A DNA stretch of 64,000 bases, taken from NCBI GenBank assembly GCA_041485465.1, contig JBGPJO010000002.1:6629-70628 (forward strand). Reading direction: 5' to 3'. The translations under genes were made by a program, and so were the position numbers. This stretch comes from Minisyncoccia bacterium. Lineage in GTDB: Bacteria > Patescibacteriota > Minisyncoccia > Phycocordibacterales > JAKFXT01. The notes under the pieces are model-generated. The model saw nothing but the letters and a program-made list of their open reading frames with translations. It had not been told where the DNA came from and searched no databases. Shown here one piece after another: positions 28,292 to 37,485 of the stretch (position 1 is its first letter; each line of letters starts with the position of its first letter).

Positions 28292-28774
28292 TTAATTTAC
28301 AACAACAATGCCTGTTTTCGACGTGTCATTGATGTTCTGATAGAGCCAGACGCCCTTTTTTGAAAAATTAAAATCAAATGTCCCGTTTTTCCCGACAGCG
28401 GTACTTTGTTTGAATTCGCTGTAGAGAGGCGGTCCCGAACTCTCAACCCACGCTATCATCATTACCTTGTTGCTCGATTTGTTTATGAATCGAACGGAGG
28501 TACCGGCTTTGACTGTGAGTGTATTTGGCGTGAAGCCATCCGAAGTGTACGTGACAAGAGAATCATACCCTTTGGGTTTTAAAGAGCCCCCTTGGGACGT
28601 GACGCCAGGGGACTGGGTAACCGTGGTGTTCTCGCTTACGTTCGAGCTTGTTGTCGTTCCCGTTTGATTGCTTGCTGACTTTCCCACAAAGAAACGATAA
28701 CCACCGATGAGGAGCGCGAGCCCGACTACGAAGATGATGATACACGTAATGAAAATTTTAGGATTATCAACCAT
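28292..28774 (-). CDS. membrane-anchored secreted protein with cupredoxin-like beta domain (no Cu ligands)
   Basis: N-terminal transmembrane segment, Ser/Thr linker, and a LTVKAGTSVRFINKSS plastocyanin-like strand pattern with no His or Cys. Confidence 0.4.
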   Translation of the reverse strand: MVDNPKIFITCIIIFVVGLALLIGGYRFFVGKSASNQTGTTTSSNVSENTTVTQSPGVTSQGGSLKPKGYDSLVTYTSDGFTPNTLTVKAGTSVRFINKSSNKVMMIAWVESSGPPLYSEFKQSTAVGKNGTFDFNFSKKGVWLYQNINDTSKTGIVVVN

Positions 28775-28970
28775 GTTTGATTTGTGTCGATGTTGATACG
28801 TTTTCCGTCGTTGTTCCCTCCGGGGTTTTTATGTTTGTCGTGTCGGGGGCGCTTGGGAAGAGGGTCTTTATGGTCGCGGGAACCCCCATTGTTTTTGCCG
28901 TGTAGAAATAGCCGGCGCCGAGGATTAAAATAAAAATTACCAATCCTGCGGCGTATGAAAAGATATTCAT
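28767..28970 (-). CDS. small membrane protein (67 aa)
   Basis: Single transmembrane segment plus a Thr-rich tail. Overlaps the downstream gene. Confidence 0.35.
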   Translation of the reverse strand: MNIFSYAAGLVIFILILGAGYFYTAKTMGVPATIKTLFPSAPDTTNIKTPEGTTTENVSTSTQIKHG

Positions 28971-29011
28971 GAAACTGGTTTTCTTAGGTCGCTTCTCCTT
29001 AGAGTGTACAC

Positions 29012-29722
29012 TTAAACGTTTGGCACTTCAATAATAAGTAAAGAGCTATTGTGAGAGGCCTCAATCTGAAGCGCCGAGGTTCCAAAGACACCGAGGGCGT
29101 CGCGTTTTAAGAGTGTTTCATCAAGGACGCGTATGTTTCCCTCGACGACGAACAAGAAAATACCGTTTTCTTTTTCAAAAAGTTCGTAGGAGATTTTTTT
29201 GTCTTTTTCAAATTCTCCGAGAGAAAAATAAGCGCGCTGATTTATAAAAAGTGCGTCTTTGTGCCGCGGCGAGACAACTAACTGAAATTTATTTTTTCTC
29301 CCCGTTAAATCGAATTTCTTTTGGTCATAGGAGGGAGCGATATTTTCTTTCTCCGGCAGTATCCAAATCTGAAGCAGGCGGACGGCCTCTTCTTTCGGGT
29401 GGTTGAACTCGGAGTGGGTAATGCCGGAGCCCGCCGACATGATCTGGACATCTCCCGCCCTGATCACGCCCTTGCCCCCGAGCGTATCTTTATGCTCGAG
29501 CGCTCCTTCAAACGGAATAGTGACAATCTCCATGTCGGCGTGCGAGTGGAGGGGAAATCCTCCGCCGCCTAAAATCGTGTCGTCGTTTAAAACGCGGAGC
29601 GCCCCGAAACGGATCCGCCTCGGGTCATAATAGTCCGCAAAGCTGAATGAATAGTTAGTTTGAAGCCAGCCGTAGTTGGCGTGACCGCGAGATTCTGCTC
29701 TGTACACTTCTTTTTTCATCAA
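29012..29722 (-). CDS. pirin-family cupin protein
   Basis: ESRGHANYGWL..FSFADYYDP...HSHADMEIVT metal-binding motifs. Confidence 0.8.
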   Translation of the reverse strand: MMKKEVYRAESRGHANYGWLQTNYSFSFADYYDPRRIRFGALRVLNDDTILGGGGFPLHSHADMEIVTIPFEGALEHKDTLGGKGVIRAGDVQIMSAGSGITHSEFNHPKEEAVRLLQIWILPEKENIAPSYDQKKFDLTGRKNKFQLVVSPRHKDALFINQRAYFSLGEFEKDKKISYELFEKENGIFLFVVEGNIRVLDETLLKRDALGVFGTSALQIEASHNSSLLIIEVPNV

Positions 29723-30510
29723 TACGGACGCTTCACATTCTCCTGAAGATAACGGGTGAAACGGATGACGGCAAAGCGTGGTAAAAAACGCTCGGCAAAA
29801 ATGAAAAGTTTGTTGAGCCAGCCGTAGATTGCGACCCGCTTGCCTTTCATCATCGCTTTGTAGCCGAAAAGCGCCACATCGGCTGGCGAGGGAAGAACTT
29901 TATTTCTGATAAGGCGGGTATTGTGGATGCCCGCGACCGACTGGAAATGGGTCGCGGTTGGTCCCGGGCAAAGCGTCGTCACCGTAACGCCGGTATTCCT
30001 CAGTTCGTCCGCGATTGCCTCGGAAAAATTCAAGACGAACGTTTTGGTCGCGTAGTACACCGCCATTTTTGGTCCGGGCTGAAAGGCGGCGGTTGAAGCG
30101 ACATTTAAAATTTTGCCCTCGCCCTGGCTCACCATTCGCGGTAAAAACCGCTTAGTGAGATACACGACGGCGATCATATTCACCTCCATCATCTGGTGTT
30201 CGCGACTCCACGGTGTCTGGTAGAAGTTGCCGAAATCGCCGAAGCCTGCGTTGTTGACCAAGACGTCGATATGACGCTTTTGCTCTCGAAGGGCGTGATA
30301 TATGGAATCGATATTTTCAATTTTTGAGAGATCATGATCGAAAATTTGGACATTGACTTTGTGATGGTGCTCCTCGATCAGTTGCTTGACGTGCTCAAGC
30401 CCTTCGCGGCCGCGCGCAACGAGCACGAGATCGTAGCCGTCTTTGGCAAAGAGTTTGGCGAATTCTCTCCCGATGCCGCTTGAGGCTCCGGTGATGAGCG
30501 CGGTTTTCAT
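29719..30510 (-). CDS. short-chain dehydrogenase/reductase (SDR)
   Basis: TGASSGIG cofactor-binding motif and YxxxK catalytic motif. Confidence 0.85.
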   Translation of the reverse strand: MKTALITGASSGIGREFAKLFAKDGYDLVLVARGREGLEHVKQLIEEHHHKVNVQIFDHDLSKIENIDSIYHALREQKRHIDVLVNNAGFGDFGNFYQTPWSREHQMMEVNMIAVVYLTKRFLPRMVSQGEGKILNVASTAAFQPGPKMAVYYATKTFVLNFSEAIADELRNTGVTVTTLCPGPTATHFQSVAGIHNTRLIRNKVLPSPADVALFGYKAMMKGKRVAIYGWLNKLFIFAERFLPRFAVIRFTRYLQENVKRPY

Positions 30511-30547
30511 GGGGTCAGTATACCAGATGCCGTTTTCGATTTTTTGA

Positions 30548-31093
30548 TTATTTCTCGGCGGTCATCACGAAATACGGCGGGAGATTCCGGACAACATACT
30601 CAACTTTTACCTGATGGAAATATTTTTTAAGAAGCGGCAAGACGAGCGGGGAGTATTGATAGACGATGAAGCGCCCTTCGGGTGAGAGATTTTTCGCCGT
30701 ATTAGAAATGATCTTTTCGCGGGTTTTTGGTTTGAAAAAAGAAAGGGGAACGCCGGAAACAGCTACGTCCGCTTCGCTAAAGCCAAAGTGGCCGAAGTCT
30801 TCCGAGAGGAGGACAACGTCGCCTTCTATTATAGAGAGCCGCTCGTCTTTTATTTTACGGAGATGAGCGAGCAGATTTTCGTTTATCTCGACGGCGGCGA
30901 GTTTGCCTTCAGGCGACAGCTTCTCGAGAATTTTTTTGGTGACTTTACCTTCGCCCGCCCCATATTCGACGACGAGCCCGGCATCTCTTTTAATATTTTT
31001 GACAACAGCCTCGACGGTGAATCTTGAGCTTATGGTAATAGCGCCGATGCGATAATCTTTTGCCACCGTTTTTAGGAATTCAATGTTTTTCAT
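30548..31093 (-). CDS. class I SAM-dependent methyltransferase (KsgA-like fold)
   Basis: VVEYGAGEGKVT matches the G-x-G SAM-binding motif I. GGGAGATGGGAAG Shine-Dalgarno before the ATG at 31093. Confidence 0.55.
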   Translation of the reverse strand: MKNIEFLKTVAKDYRIGAITISSRFTVEAVVKNIKRDAGLVVEYGAGEGKVTKKILEKLSPEGKLAAVEINENLLAHLRKIKDERLSIIEGDVVLLSEDFGHFGFSEADVAVSGVPLSFFKPKTREKIISNTAKNLSPEGRFIVYQYSPLVLPLLKKYFHQVKVEYVVRNLPPYFVMTAEK

Positions 31094-31210
31094 TATCTTC
31101 CCATCTCCCAAACGGGTAATTTCAATTTTATCACACCACACCCTTTTTCTTCGCAAAAACCCTTCGGTATGTTAGCGTTCGGGGAGACTCTTTCACAAAG
31201 GGAGGCTTCA

Positions 31211-32221
31211 ATGAAGCTTCGTGATATAGATTTCGGCTCGGTTCTTGTGGCCTCGGGTACCAGGGGCTTCTTCGGAGAGGGATATTGGTTCCACCGATTG
31301 TGGCCCATACGAGGGTGGTACGATTTTTCGGGCTCAACGCTCGTTGCCAAGACGACGACCCTTAACCTGGAGCCAGGCAAAATGCCGCTTTCGAAAGATT
31401 TTCCCTTCGCTCCTAAGGGACTTTTCCCGAAATGCGTCTGGATCAATTTCGAGGACGGCTATGGACTGAATGCAATCGGTCTTTCCGGTCCCGGCGCAGA
31501 AGCAATCCTTCGCTTCGGGATAAAATGGGGCGAGTGGGCAAAGCTCGGCGGCCCGTTCATGGGATCGTTTGCTCCCGGAGGAAAGACGTCGAGAGACCGC
31601 CTGGAGGAAATGATTTCTTTCGTCGAAATGCTCCGGGACCGGCTCCGGCACTTTCCACGCATGCGGCATCTCATGGGCCTTCAGATCAACATCTCATGTC
31701 CCAATACCGGCACCGATCCGAACGTGCTCATCAAGGAGGCGAAAGGTTTTCTCGACGCGGCGGGGACGCTCGGCATTCCGCTTGTCCTGAAAATAAATCT
31801 TCTCGTCTCTGTCGAGACGATCAGAGAGATCGCCTCGCATCCGCACTGCGACGCGATTTGTCTTGCAAACACAATCCCCTTCGGAGCACTACCCGAGCGG
31901 ATTCACTGGGATGAACTTTTCCCCCACGGGTCCCCCCTTAAACGCTTTGGCGGCGGCGGACTCTCGGGACGGCCGCTTCTTCCGCTCGTCGCTGAGCGAG
32001 TCAGGGAGATCAGGATGATGGGAATAAACACTCCACTTAATGTTGGCGGCGGCATCCTTCACCCCGATGACGTCGACCTCCTTGTTGAGGCAGGACTTCG
32101 GCGCGGTAAGGATTCGATTTTCATCGGATCGATTGCAATGTTGAGGCCGTGGTGGATCAAGGAAACGATCAAAAGAGGGCACAAGCTTCTCGACGAAAAA
32201 AATAAACGGCTTATTGCTTAA
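31211..32221 (+). CDS. pyrD: dihydroorotate dehydrogenase-like TIM-barrel flavoenzyme (class 1, SCPN active-site loop)
   Basis: LQINISCPNTGTDP matches NLSCPNVPG. Also GGGLSG and NVGGGI motifs. AAAGGGAGG Shine-Dalgarno. Confidence 0.6.
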   Translation: MKLRDIDFGSVLVASGTRGFFGEGYWFHRLWPIRGWYDFSGSTLVAKTTTLNLEPGKMPLSKDFPFAPKGLFPKCVWINFEDGYGLNAIGLSGPGAEAILRFGIKWGEWAKLGGPFMGSFAPGGKTSRDRLEEMISFVEMLRDRLRHFPRMRHLMGLQINISCPNTGTDPNVLIKEAKGFLDAAGTLGIPLVLKINLLVSVETIREIASHPHCDAICLANTIPFGALPERIHWDELFPHGSPLKRFGGGGLSGRPLLPLVAERVREIRMMGINTPLNVGGGILHPDDVDLLVEAGLRRGKDSIFIGSIAMLRPWWIKETIKRGHKLLDEKNKRLIA

Positions 32222-32225
32222 GACT

Positions 32226-32258
32226 CCGGCCCCGCCTAAGGCGGGGCCGTTTTATTTT
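32226..32258 (+). terminator. intrinsic terminator (CCGGCCCCGCC/GGCGGGGCCG plus T-run)
   Basis: Perfect hairpin followed by TTTTATTTT. Confidence 0.7.
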
Positions 32259-32296
32259 GAGGGGGAATATGATAGTTTTGATCCGAGACTATATAT

Positions 32297-32386
32297 GGAG
32301 ATGTGGCTGAGTGGTCGAAAGCGGCACCGTGCTAAGGTGTTAGGGGTTTACGCCCCTCGTGGGTTCGAATCCCACCGTCTCCGCCA
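32297..32386 (+). tRNA. tRNA-Ser (anticodon GCU), type II with long variable arm and encoded CCA
   Basis: GGAGATG acceptor, anticodon loop GTGCTAA, variable stem GGGG/CCCC, T-arm GTGGG-TTCGAAT-CCCAC. Confidence 0.8.
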
Positions 32387-32570
32387 GGAGTTTAAAACGA
32401 AGTTTTAAAGAGGGATTCGAAGCCCTTCTCCCATATTTACGAGTGATTCTTATCATGAGTAAATGAGAAAGGGGTACTGCGGCAGTAGGCCGAGAAACTC
32501 CCTCCCCCTCCGCCAGATTTCCAACTTTGAACCCAAGTAAAATAAGGGTTTTATTGGTAAAATAAAGATT

Positions 32571-33410
32571 ATGTCAAAATTACTCACCAAAAAAGAAGCT
32601 GTTGAATTTCTTGGTCTCGATGACAAGACTTTTGATAACTACTTCAAAAATGCGGCGGAGTTTCCATGCCTTGATCGGAACGGTGGCAGAGGCCGTTTTT
32701 ACTTTGACGAAGACACCCTACGCAAATGGAAAGATAGTCTGGCATGGAGAACTGTTGATTTGAGTAAAGATGACTATGCCCTGTGTTTAGATTTTGCACT
32801 TGCACAACACTTTCGCAATTATGTGCAATCAGATTTTGGTACTGGACGACAAAGAGAGTTCGGACAAAAAATAACAAATTGGGTCAAAGGACAACTCGGA
32901 GAAGTTGCTGTAAAGAAATTCTTAAAAAGAGAGTTTAATATAGATATTGAACTCGATTTTGATATTCGCGATAAGATTGTTTTGCAAGATATTACAGCCG
33001 TTAAGGAAAATGGGAAGATGAGAACGCCCAAAATAGGCATCGGCATAAAGTCGTCTAAACCAAAAAGTGCTTTCTTGGTACTCGGAGAAAATGAGATAAG
33101 GATAAAAGAGCGTAGATCAGATATTTATATCTACTGTCGCCCGAATATTCCCGATGACCATCTTTTAAGACTAACAAAAGAGGAAGTGAACGAAGCTGTA
33201 AAAAATAAACCCCATTATTCAAAATATAAAGATTTGATGCCCGACTTTATAAATATACCCTGTGAGGTTGTAGGCTGGTGTCATTACACTGACTTGAGAG
33301 AAACAAAATCAATTCCCGGACAAGAATTTGACGGCATACGATTTGTTAAAGAGTCCGGTCTCTTGAGAAAATCAAAGAAAGATTGGGAAGAGCTTATAAA
33401 GCAACTCTAG
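32571..33410 (+). CDS. putative restriction endonuclease-like protein with N-terminal excisionase/MerR-type HTH
   Basis: N-terminus LTKKEAVEFLGLDDKTF is HTH_17-like. The central D...ELDFD...IGIKSSK stretch is compatible with a PD-(D/E)xK fold. Converges on, and overlaps, the C5-MTase gene by 17 bp. Confidence 0.4.
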   Translation: MSKLLTKKEAVEFLGLDDKTFDNYFKNAAEFPCLDRNGGRGRFYFDEDTLRKWKDSLAWRTVDLSKDDYALCLDFALAQHFRNYVQSDFGTGRQREFGQKITNWVKGQLGEVAVKKFLKREFNIDIELDFDIRDKIVLQDITAVKENGKMRTPKIGIGIKSSKPKSAFLVLGENEIRIKERRSDIYIYCRPNIPDDHLLRLTKEEVNEAVKNKPHYSKYKDLMPDFINIPCEVVGWCHYTDLRETKSIPGQEFDGIRFVKESGLLRKSKKDWEELIKQL

Positions 33411-34539
33411 CTCCCACCTCTACTCCATCAAATAAACTCGCCATCTCTTGTGCGTTAGCTTCCCCGTTAGTCATTTTTGACTCAACAAATTCATAAGGGA
33501 TTCCTGCAAAAGTTTTTAGCACAGCAGAAATCACGGCCTGTGCTCCGACCGGAGGCACTGCCATGCCAATTTGTTTCCTTGCACTTTCCTTTGAACCTTC
33601 AAATACGAAACTATCGGGGAAAGATTGAAGTCGTGCTCTTTCTCGGTTTGTTAGTGCACGATGCTCTGACCAGTGGTAGACATGTGTTCCGCCGCCTCCG
33701 CTCCCTGTAATAGTGTAAGAAGGCTTTTTGGGGTCTAGCCGTTTATAAATCTGACTCATGCGAGCACCTTTTACATTTAACCTCAAATGTTGCGGTATAC
33801 CCTCATACCAAGCATTTTCTCCGGCAGGAATATGTTTTAGCCGCTCAATAACGCCCGCAGATTGCTTAGTAAGCTCGTGATTTTGCGCGTCATCTGATAT
33901 TCGCGGATTTTCTATTGCTTCGCGCGCACTCATATAATTATTCTTTGTAGTCGGAGCAGGAACTTTGAATCTCAAACCCAAATTTTTTCTTATGCCGATA
34001 ATGACAATACGATGCCTTTGTTGCGGTACTCCATATTCTTCAAACTTGTATAAGTGTGGTGTGAGAACATAGCCCTTTCCTGCTGAACCGAGGTCTTTCA
34101 AAATTTGCTTGAAAGCGTTACCTCCATTTGCGCTCTGTAGGCCACTGACATTTTCTGCAATGAACCACTTTGGATTGTGTGTGTTTATTGCCCTGACTCC
34201 ATGAGAATAAAGAGGGCCAAATTTTCCATCAAAACCTTTCTGTTCACCAACGACACTGAAATCATTACAGGGAAATCCAAAAGCAAGCACATCAAACTTC
34301 GGCACTTTTTCAAAATCTATTTCTTGAACAGGGGCACAAACAACATTTTTTTCGTTTCCGTTGTGAATATTGCGAGCATATGTTTTACAAGTATCGGCAT
34401 CGTAATCGTTTGCCCAAACAGGCTCGATACCATAGATAGTATTTTCGTTTTCAGCAAAAGATCGGATTGCGCCGAAAGCAAGTCCCCCAGGGCCGGAAAA
34501 TAATTCTGCTAATTTAAATTTGATTTGTTTTTTATTCAT
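33394..34539 (-). CDS. DNA (cytosine-5)-methyltransferase
   Basis: Motif I FSGPGG, motif IV GFPCNDFS, motif VI ENV, motif VIII QRHR, motif X GMAVPP. Confidence 0.85.
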   Translation of the reverse strand: MNKKQIKFKLAELFSGPGGLAFGAIRSFAENENTIYGIEPVWANDYDADTCKTYARNIHNGNEKNVVCAPVQEIDFEKVPKFDVLAFGFPCNDFSVVGEQKGFDGKFGPLYSHGVRAINTHNPKWFIAENVSGLQSANGGNAFKQILKDLGSAGKGYVLTPHLYKFEEYGVPQQRHRIVIIGIRKNLGLRFKVPAPTTKNNYMSAREAIENPRISDDAQNHELTKQSAGVIERLKHIPAGENAWYEGIPQHLRLNVKGARMSQIYKRLDPKKPSYTITGSGGGGTHVYHWSEHRALTNRERARLQSFPDSFVFEGSKESARKQIGMAVPPVGAQAVISAVLKTFAGIPYEFVESKMTNGEANAQEMASLFDGVEVGARVAL

Positions 34540-34567
34540 AATATCTCTATTCCTATTTTACCATTTA

Positions 34568-35191
34568 TTAAATTTCTCGCCTAAGCACCCCAACAACTTT
34601 ACCCTGTATTTCAACATTCGTTTCGTAAAATGGCTTCATATATTTATTCGCCGGAACAAGTCTTATGCGCTTTTTCTCCCGATAGATCTTTTTAAGTGTA
34701 ACAGCATCTTTATCCGGTAGATACACAACTGCTTTTTCTCCATCATCAACTGTTTGCTGTTCACGAACAATTACAACGTCACCGTCCGATATACCTTCCT
34801 CAATCATACTTGTTCCGGCAACTTTCAGAGCATAGTAATTGGCGCCTCTTGAAAGCATACTGCGCGGGACTTCTATCGGCTCGGGGTTTCTGATTGCCTC
34901 AATTGGCCCTCCGGCGGCAATAAGCCCCATGAGCGGTATTTCTACCAAGTCTCTTTTTTGATCATTGAACGCTTGAATCGAACGCCTTTTGCCTTTATCC
35001 GCAGAAAGCAAATTTTTCTTTCTCAGATAGGAAATATGTTGGTGAATTGTTGGAATAGAAACCCCAAAATTCTTGGCTATCTCGCCAAGAGAGGGAGAGT
35101 AGTCCTTTTCTCTTTGAAACCTTGCGACAAATTGGAGAATTTCTGATTGTCGCTTTGATGGCTTACTTGACCCCATTGACTTCTTTCTCAT
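34568..35191 (-). CDS. lexA: LexA-type autoproteolytic repressor (wHTH plus S24 peptidase)
   Basis: AAG-G cleavage site (LIAAGGP), Ser in VAGTSM, Lys in TLKKIY. Lies directly upstream of the MTase and is co-oriented with it. Confidence 0.75.
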   Translation of the reverse strand: MRKKSMGSSKPSKRQSEILQFVARFQREKDYSPSLGEIAKNFGVSIPTIHQHISYLRKKNLLSADKGKRRSIQAFNDQKRDLVEIPLMGLIAAGGPIEAIRNPEPIEVPRSMLSRGANYYALKVAGTSMIEEGISDGDVVIVREQQTVDDGEKAVVYLPDKDAVTLKKIYREKKRIRLVPANKYMKPFYETNVEIQGKVVGVLRREI

Positions 35192-35197
35192 ACTTAG

Positions 35198-35205
35198 AGT
35201 ATACT
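35198..35205. promoter_or_regulatory. 8-bp palindrome AGTATACT, candidate operator in the lexA-like/clpP-like divergent region
   Basis: Perfect palindrome 7 nt from the lexA-like start codon. Confidence 0.25.
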
Positions 35206-35255
35206 ACCTAAAGATAACCTAAACAAGTCCGGTTATCCACATAATTTAAACCAAT

Positions 35256-35456
35256 ATGAAATTAGGAAAACATCAAAAAACAGAGGAGGGTCGCTTTAGA
35301 AAAGAGCGATCCGACTCATCTATGGATAAACTCCGTAAAGAGTACCCGGTGTTAAATAAATTGCACGGCAACATTAAGACCTTGGGTGGTGCAGAAAAAG
35401 CACTGGGCGTCGACTCTCTTTCTCAAGTATTAAAGGAGGCTAGAAAGATCAAATAA
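35256..35456 (+). CDS. small basic hypothetical protein (66 aa)
   Basis: ORF divergent from the lexA-like gene and immediately upstream of the ClpP-like gene. Confidence 0.35.
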   Translation: MKLGKHQKTEEGRFRKERSDSSMDKLRKEYPVLNKLHGNIKTLGGAEKALGVDSLSQVLKEARKIK

Positions 35457-35460
35457 AGAC

Positions 35461-36075
35461 ATGGAACCAGAGCAAAGCCTAAAAACTCAACACATTTGGT
35501 GTAGTGCCACTCTTACCAAAAAGATGGAGGATGTGTTAATCGGTTTTATTTGTAATCAAGCACAAAGCTCAGCCGGAATTTCAGAATACATCATTTACCT
35601 CTCAACGCTTGGTGGTAGCCCATTTTGCGCAGTTAATCTTTATAATTTCATAAAATCAATTCCACAAAAAACGACTGTCTATAACATGGGAAATGTTTTT
35701 TCGGCAGGCGTACCATTTTTCCTAGGTTTCCAAAATAGGATAGGTGTACCTGATTGTAGTTTTATGATTCATCAAACAACATTACCCAGAACTGCACTAC
35801 CGGAACAATTCAATCTTTTTGATCTTGATACTCAAAAAGCCACGTTACTTGGTGCTGACGACAAAACACAAAAAATAATCCATAAGGAGACTTCTGGCAA
35901 AGGGACAAAGTCTCTGACATTGCCAGTAATAAAGAAGGCTTTTCAAAACACCACTACATATACTGCGACCGAAGCACAGAAGTATGGATTTATAGATAAA
36001 ATAGAACTTCCGAAACTTCCAGATACGGGTGTTTTATATATAACAGACCAACACCTAGCAACACTTCCGGGCTAA
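35461..36075 (+). CDS. ClpP-fold (S14 family) serine peptidase, orphan
   Basis: Collinear with ClpP: IIYLSTLGG, NMGNVFSAGV (Ser), MIHQT (His), C-terminal YGFIDKI. The catalytic Asp position is not conserved. Confidence 0.6.
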   Translation: MEPEQSLKTQHIWCSATLTKKMEDVLIGFICNQAQSSAGISEYIIYLSTLGGSPFCAVNLYNFIKSIPQKTTVYNMGNVFSAGVPFFLGFQNRIGVPDCSFMIHQTTLPRTALPEQFNLFDLDTQKATLLGADDKTQKIIHKETSGKGTKSLTLPVIKKAFQNTTTYTATEAQKYGFIDKIELPKLPDTGVLYITDQHLATLPG

Positions 36076-36272
36076 GCCAATTTAGTTTATCGAATAATCC
36101 ACCGCATTTTGTCCTTTGATCGATTTCGGCTTTGGCACCTCAAACCATTGAGGATGTTGCTTGAACATAGCTCGCAATTCACGTATGCTTTTATCGATAT
36201 CTTCGAATTTTAGCCACCTTTTCGGTTCAAAGTTGCGGACATCGTCCCCGCACAAATTCCAAGAAAGCAAAA

Positions 36273-36506
36273 TTGTTAAAAGTAGCGAGCTTGGATTTTG
36301 CCGAGGATGATGAGCTGATAAAAGAAATCAAAGCCGACTATGACTTCATTCGTAACAAACTTATCACACAAGGTTTTAAAGCTTTGACCGGAAAAGATGG
36401 CAAATGGATACAAGCTCGTACAAAAGGCCCTGGGCATGGCTCAGTAAGTCGTGCATTTTATGCGCGAACATCTTTTGTGAAAAAGATTTTTGAAATTGCG
36501 AGTTAA
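36273..36506 (+). pseudogene. possible gene remnant (77-aa ORF with TTG start) at the island edge
   Basis: No Shine-Dalgarno. AT-rich context. An adjacent 62-aa ORF lies on the opposite strand. Confidence 0.2.
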
Positions 36507-36600
36507 AGATTTTTATGCAACTTCATCTTTCACAAAACAAAACGACTACAATAGTATAAAATCGGTCAAATCTGGAAAATTTAAAATCATTGATTCCTAA

Positions 36601-36642
36601 TAATTAAAGAAACAAATACCCCGACACGTATGCGTGTCGGGG
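36601..36642 (-). terminator. intrinsic terminator after the HAD hydrolase gene (CCCCGACACG/CGTGTCGGGG)
   Basis: 10-bp stem, with a T-run on the minus strand. Confidence 0.6.
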
Positions 36643-37419
36643 TCAAAAATAGAGATGCTTGAGCTCGCCGTCATGATTTTTTTCAACCCATTGGGGAAAC
36701 TCATCTACCGAGGGAAGAATATTCTGAAGTTGAACTCTCTTTCCACCGAATCTTTTTGTCGAGTGATGGAGAAGATAGGGACCGGTTTGTACGACTAGCG
36801 TTGTGATACCCGCTCGGTGTCCTGTCTCGATGTCGCTCGGAGTATCGCCAATAAACACGACTTCCTCTTTTCGGATTCCGAACTTCTCTTCAAACACTTC
36901 AAGTGTTGGTCGAAGTGCGCGGGGATCGGGTTTGAGGTGGGTAACATCCTCCCGTGTGGTGACCACGGCAAACTCGGGGAGTAGGTCTACCCGATCAAGC
37001 ATGGTATTCACATTCTCGCGGTGACGCGAGGTAAGTAAGGCGCCTTTGAAGTCGTTGCGACGGCACCAGGAAAGGGTAGATCGAGCACCTGGAACAAGCT
37101 CTGGAGGCTGTTTATTATCCCAGCGAATCCAGTGCTCGTTGAACTTTCTGGCAAGACTCTCATTGATACCTAAGCTTTCTTGAAGAAGTTCAATTGCGGG
37201 CTTTCCCCACAGGGAGGTTAACCTCTGGCGCTCCTCGCGGCCAAAAGGAATTTCTTCCATCGCACAGAGCGCAGCAATTTTACGTAAACCTCCTCGGAAA
37301 GAATCGAGGAGGACACCATCGTAGTCGTAGATGACTCCTCGAATAAACATAAGCCTTTCCTTCCATAGAAAGAACTCGCGAACTTCCCGGAGTCTAACGA
37401 GGGGAGCGCCTGTCGTCAA
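36643..37419 (-). CDS. HAD-superfamily hydrolase (phosphatase)
   Basis: Motif I DYDGVLLDS and downstream HAD motifs. Confidence 0.7.
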   Translation of the reverse strand: MTTGAPLVRLREVREFFLWKERLMFIRGVIYDYDGVLLDSFRGGLRKIAALCAMEEIPFGREERQRLTSLWGKPAIELLQESLGINESLARKFNEHWIRWDNKQPPELVPGARSTLSWCRRNDFKGALLTSRHRENVNTMLDRVDLLPEFAVVTTREDVTHLKPDPRALRPTLEVFEEKFGIRKEEVVFIGDTPSDIETGHRAGITTLVVQTGPYLLHHSTKRFGGKRVQLQNILPSVDEFPQWVEKNHDGELKHLYF

Positions 37420-37485
37420 TTAAAAAAAGTTCGCTCTCATGGGGTTATTTAATGGTATAATAAAAATAATTTTTTAGATCCTCCC

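Larger units (their letters stand above)
32387..36642. mobile_element. AT-rich accessory island adjacent to tRNA-Ser; no integrase or att repeats found
   Basis: Base composition visibly drops. Gene content is an R-M-like pair, a LexA-like repressor, a ClpP-like protease and gene fragments. It is bounded by the tRNA and by the HAD-gene terminator. Confidence 0.4.

Noticed and set aside
32378-32516. Short direct repeat CTCCGCCAG at the tRNA-Ser 3' end and about 120 bp downstream, as a possible att site
   Set aside because: It is only 9 bp, there is no matching copy at the far end of the island (about 36.6 kb), and no integrase is present. Insufficient to call attL/attR.
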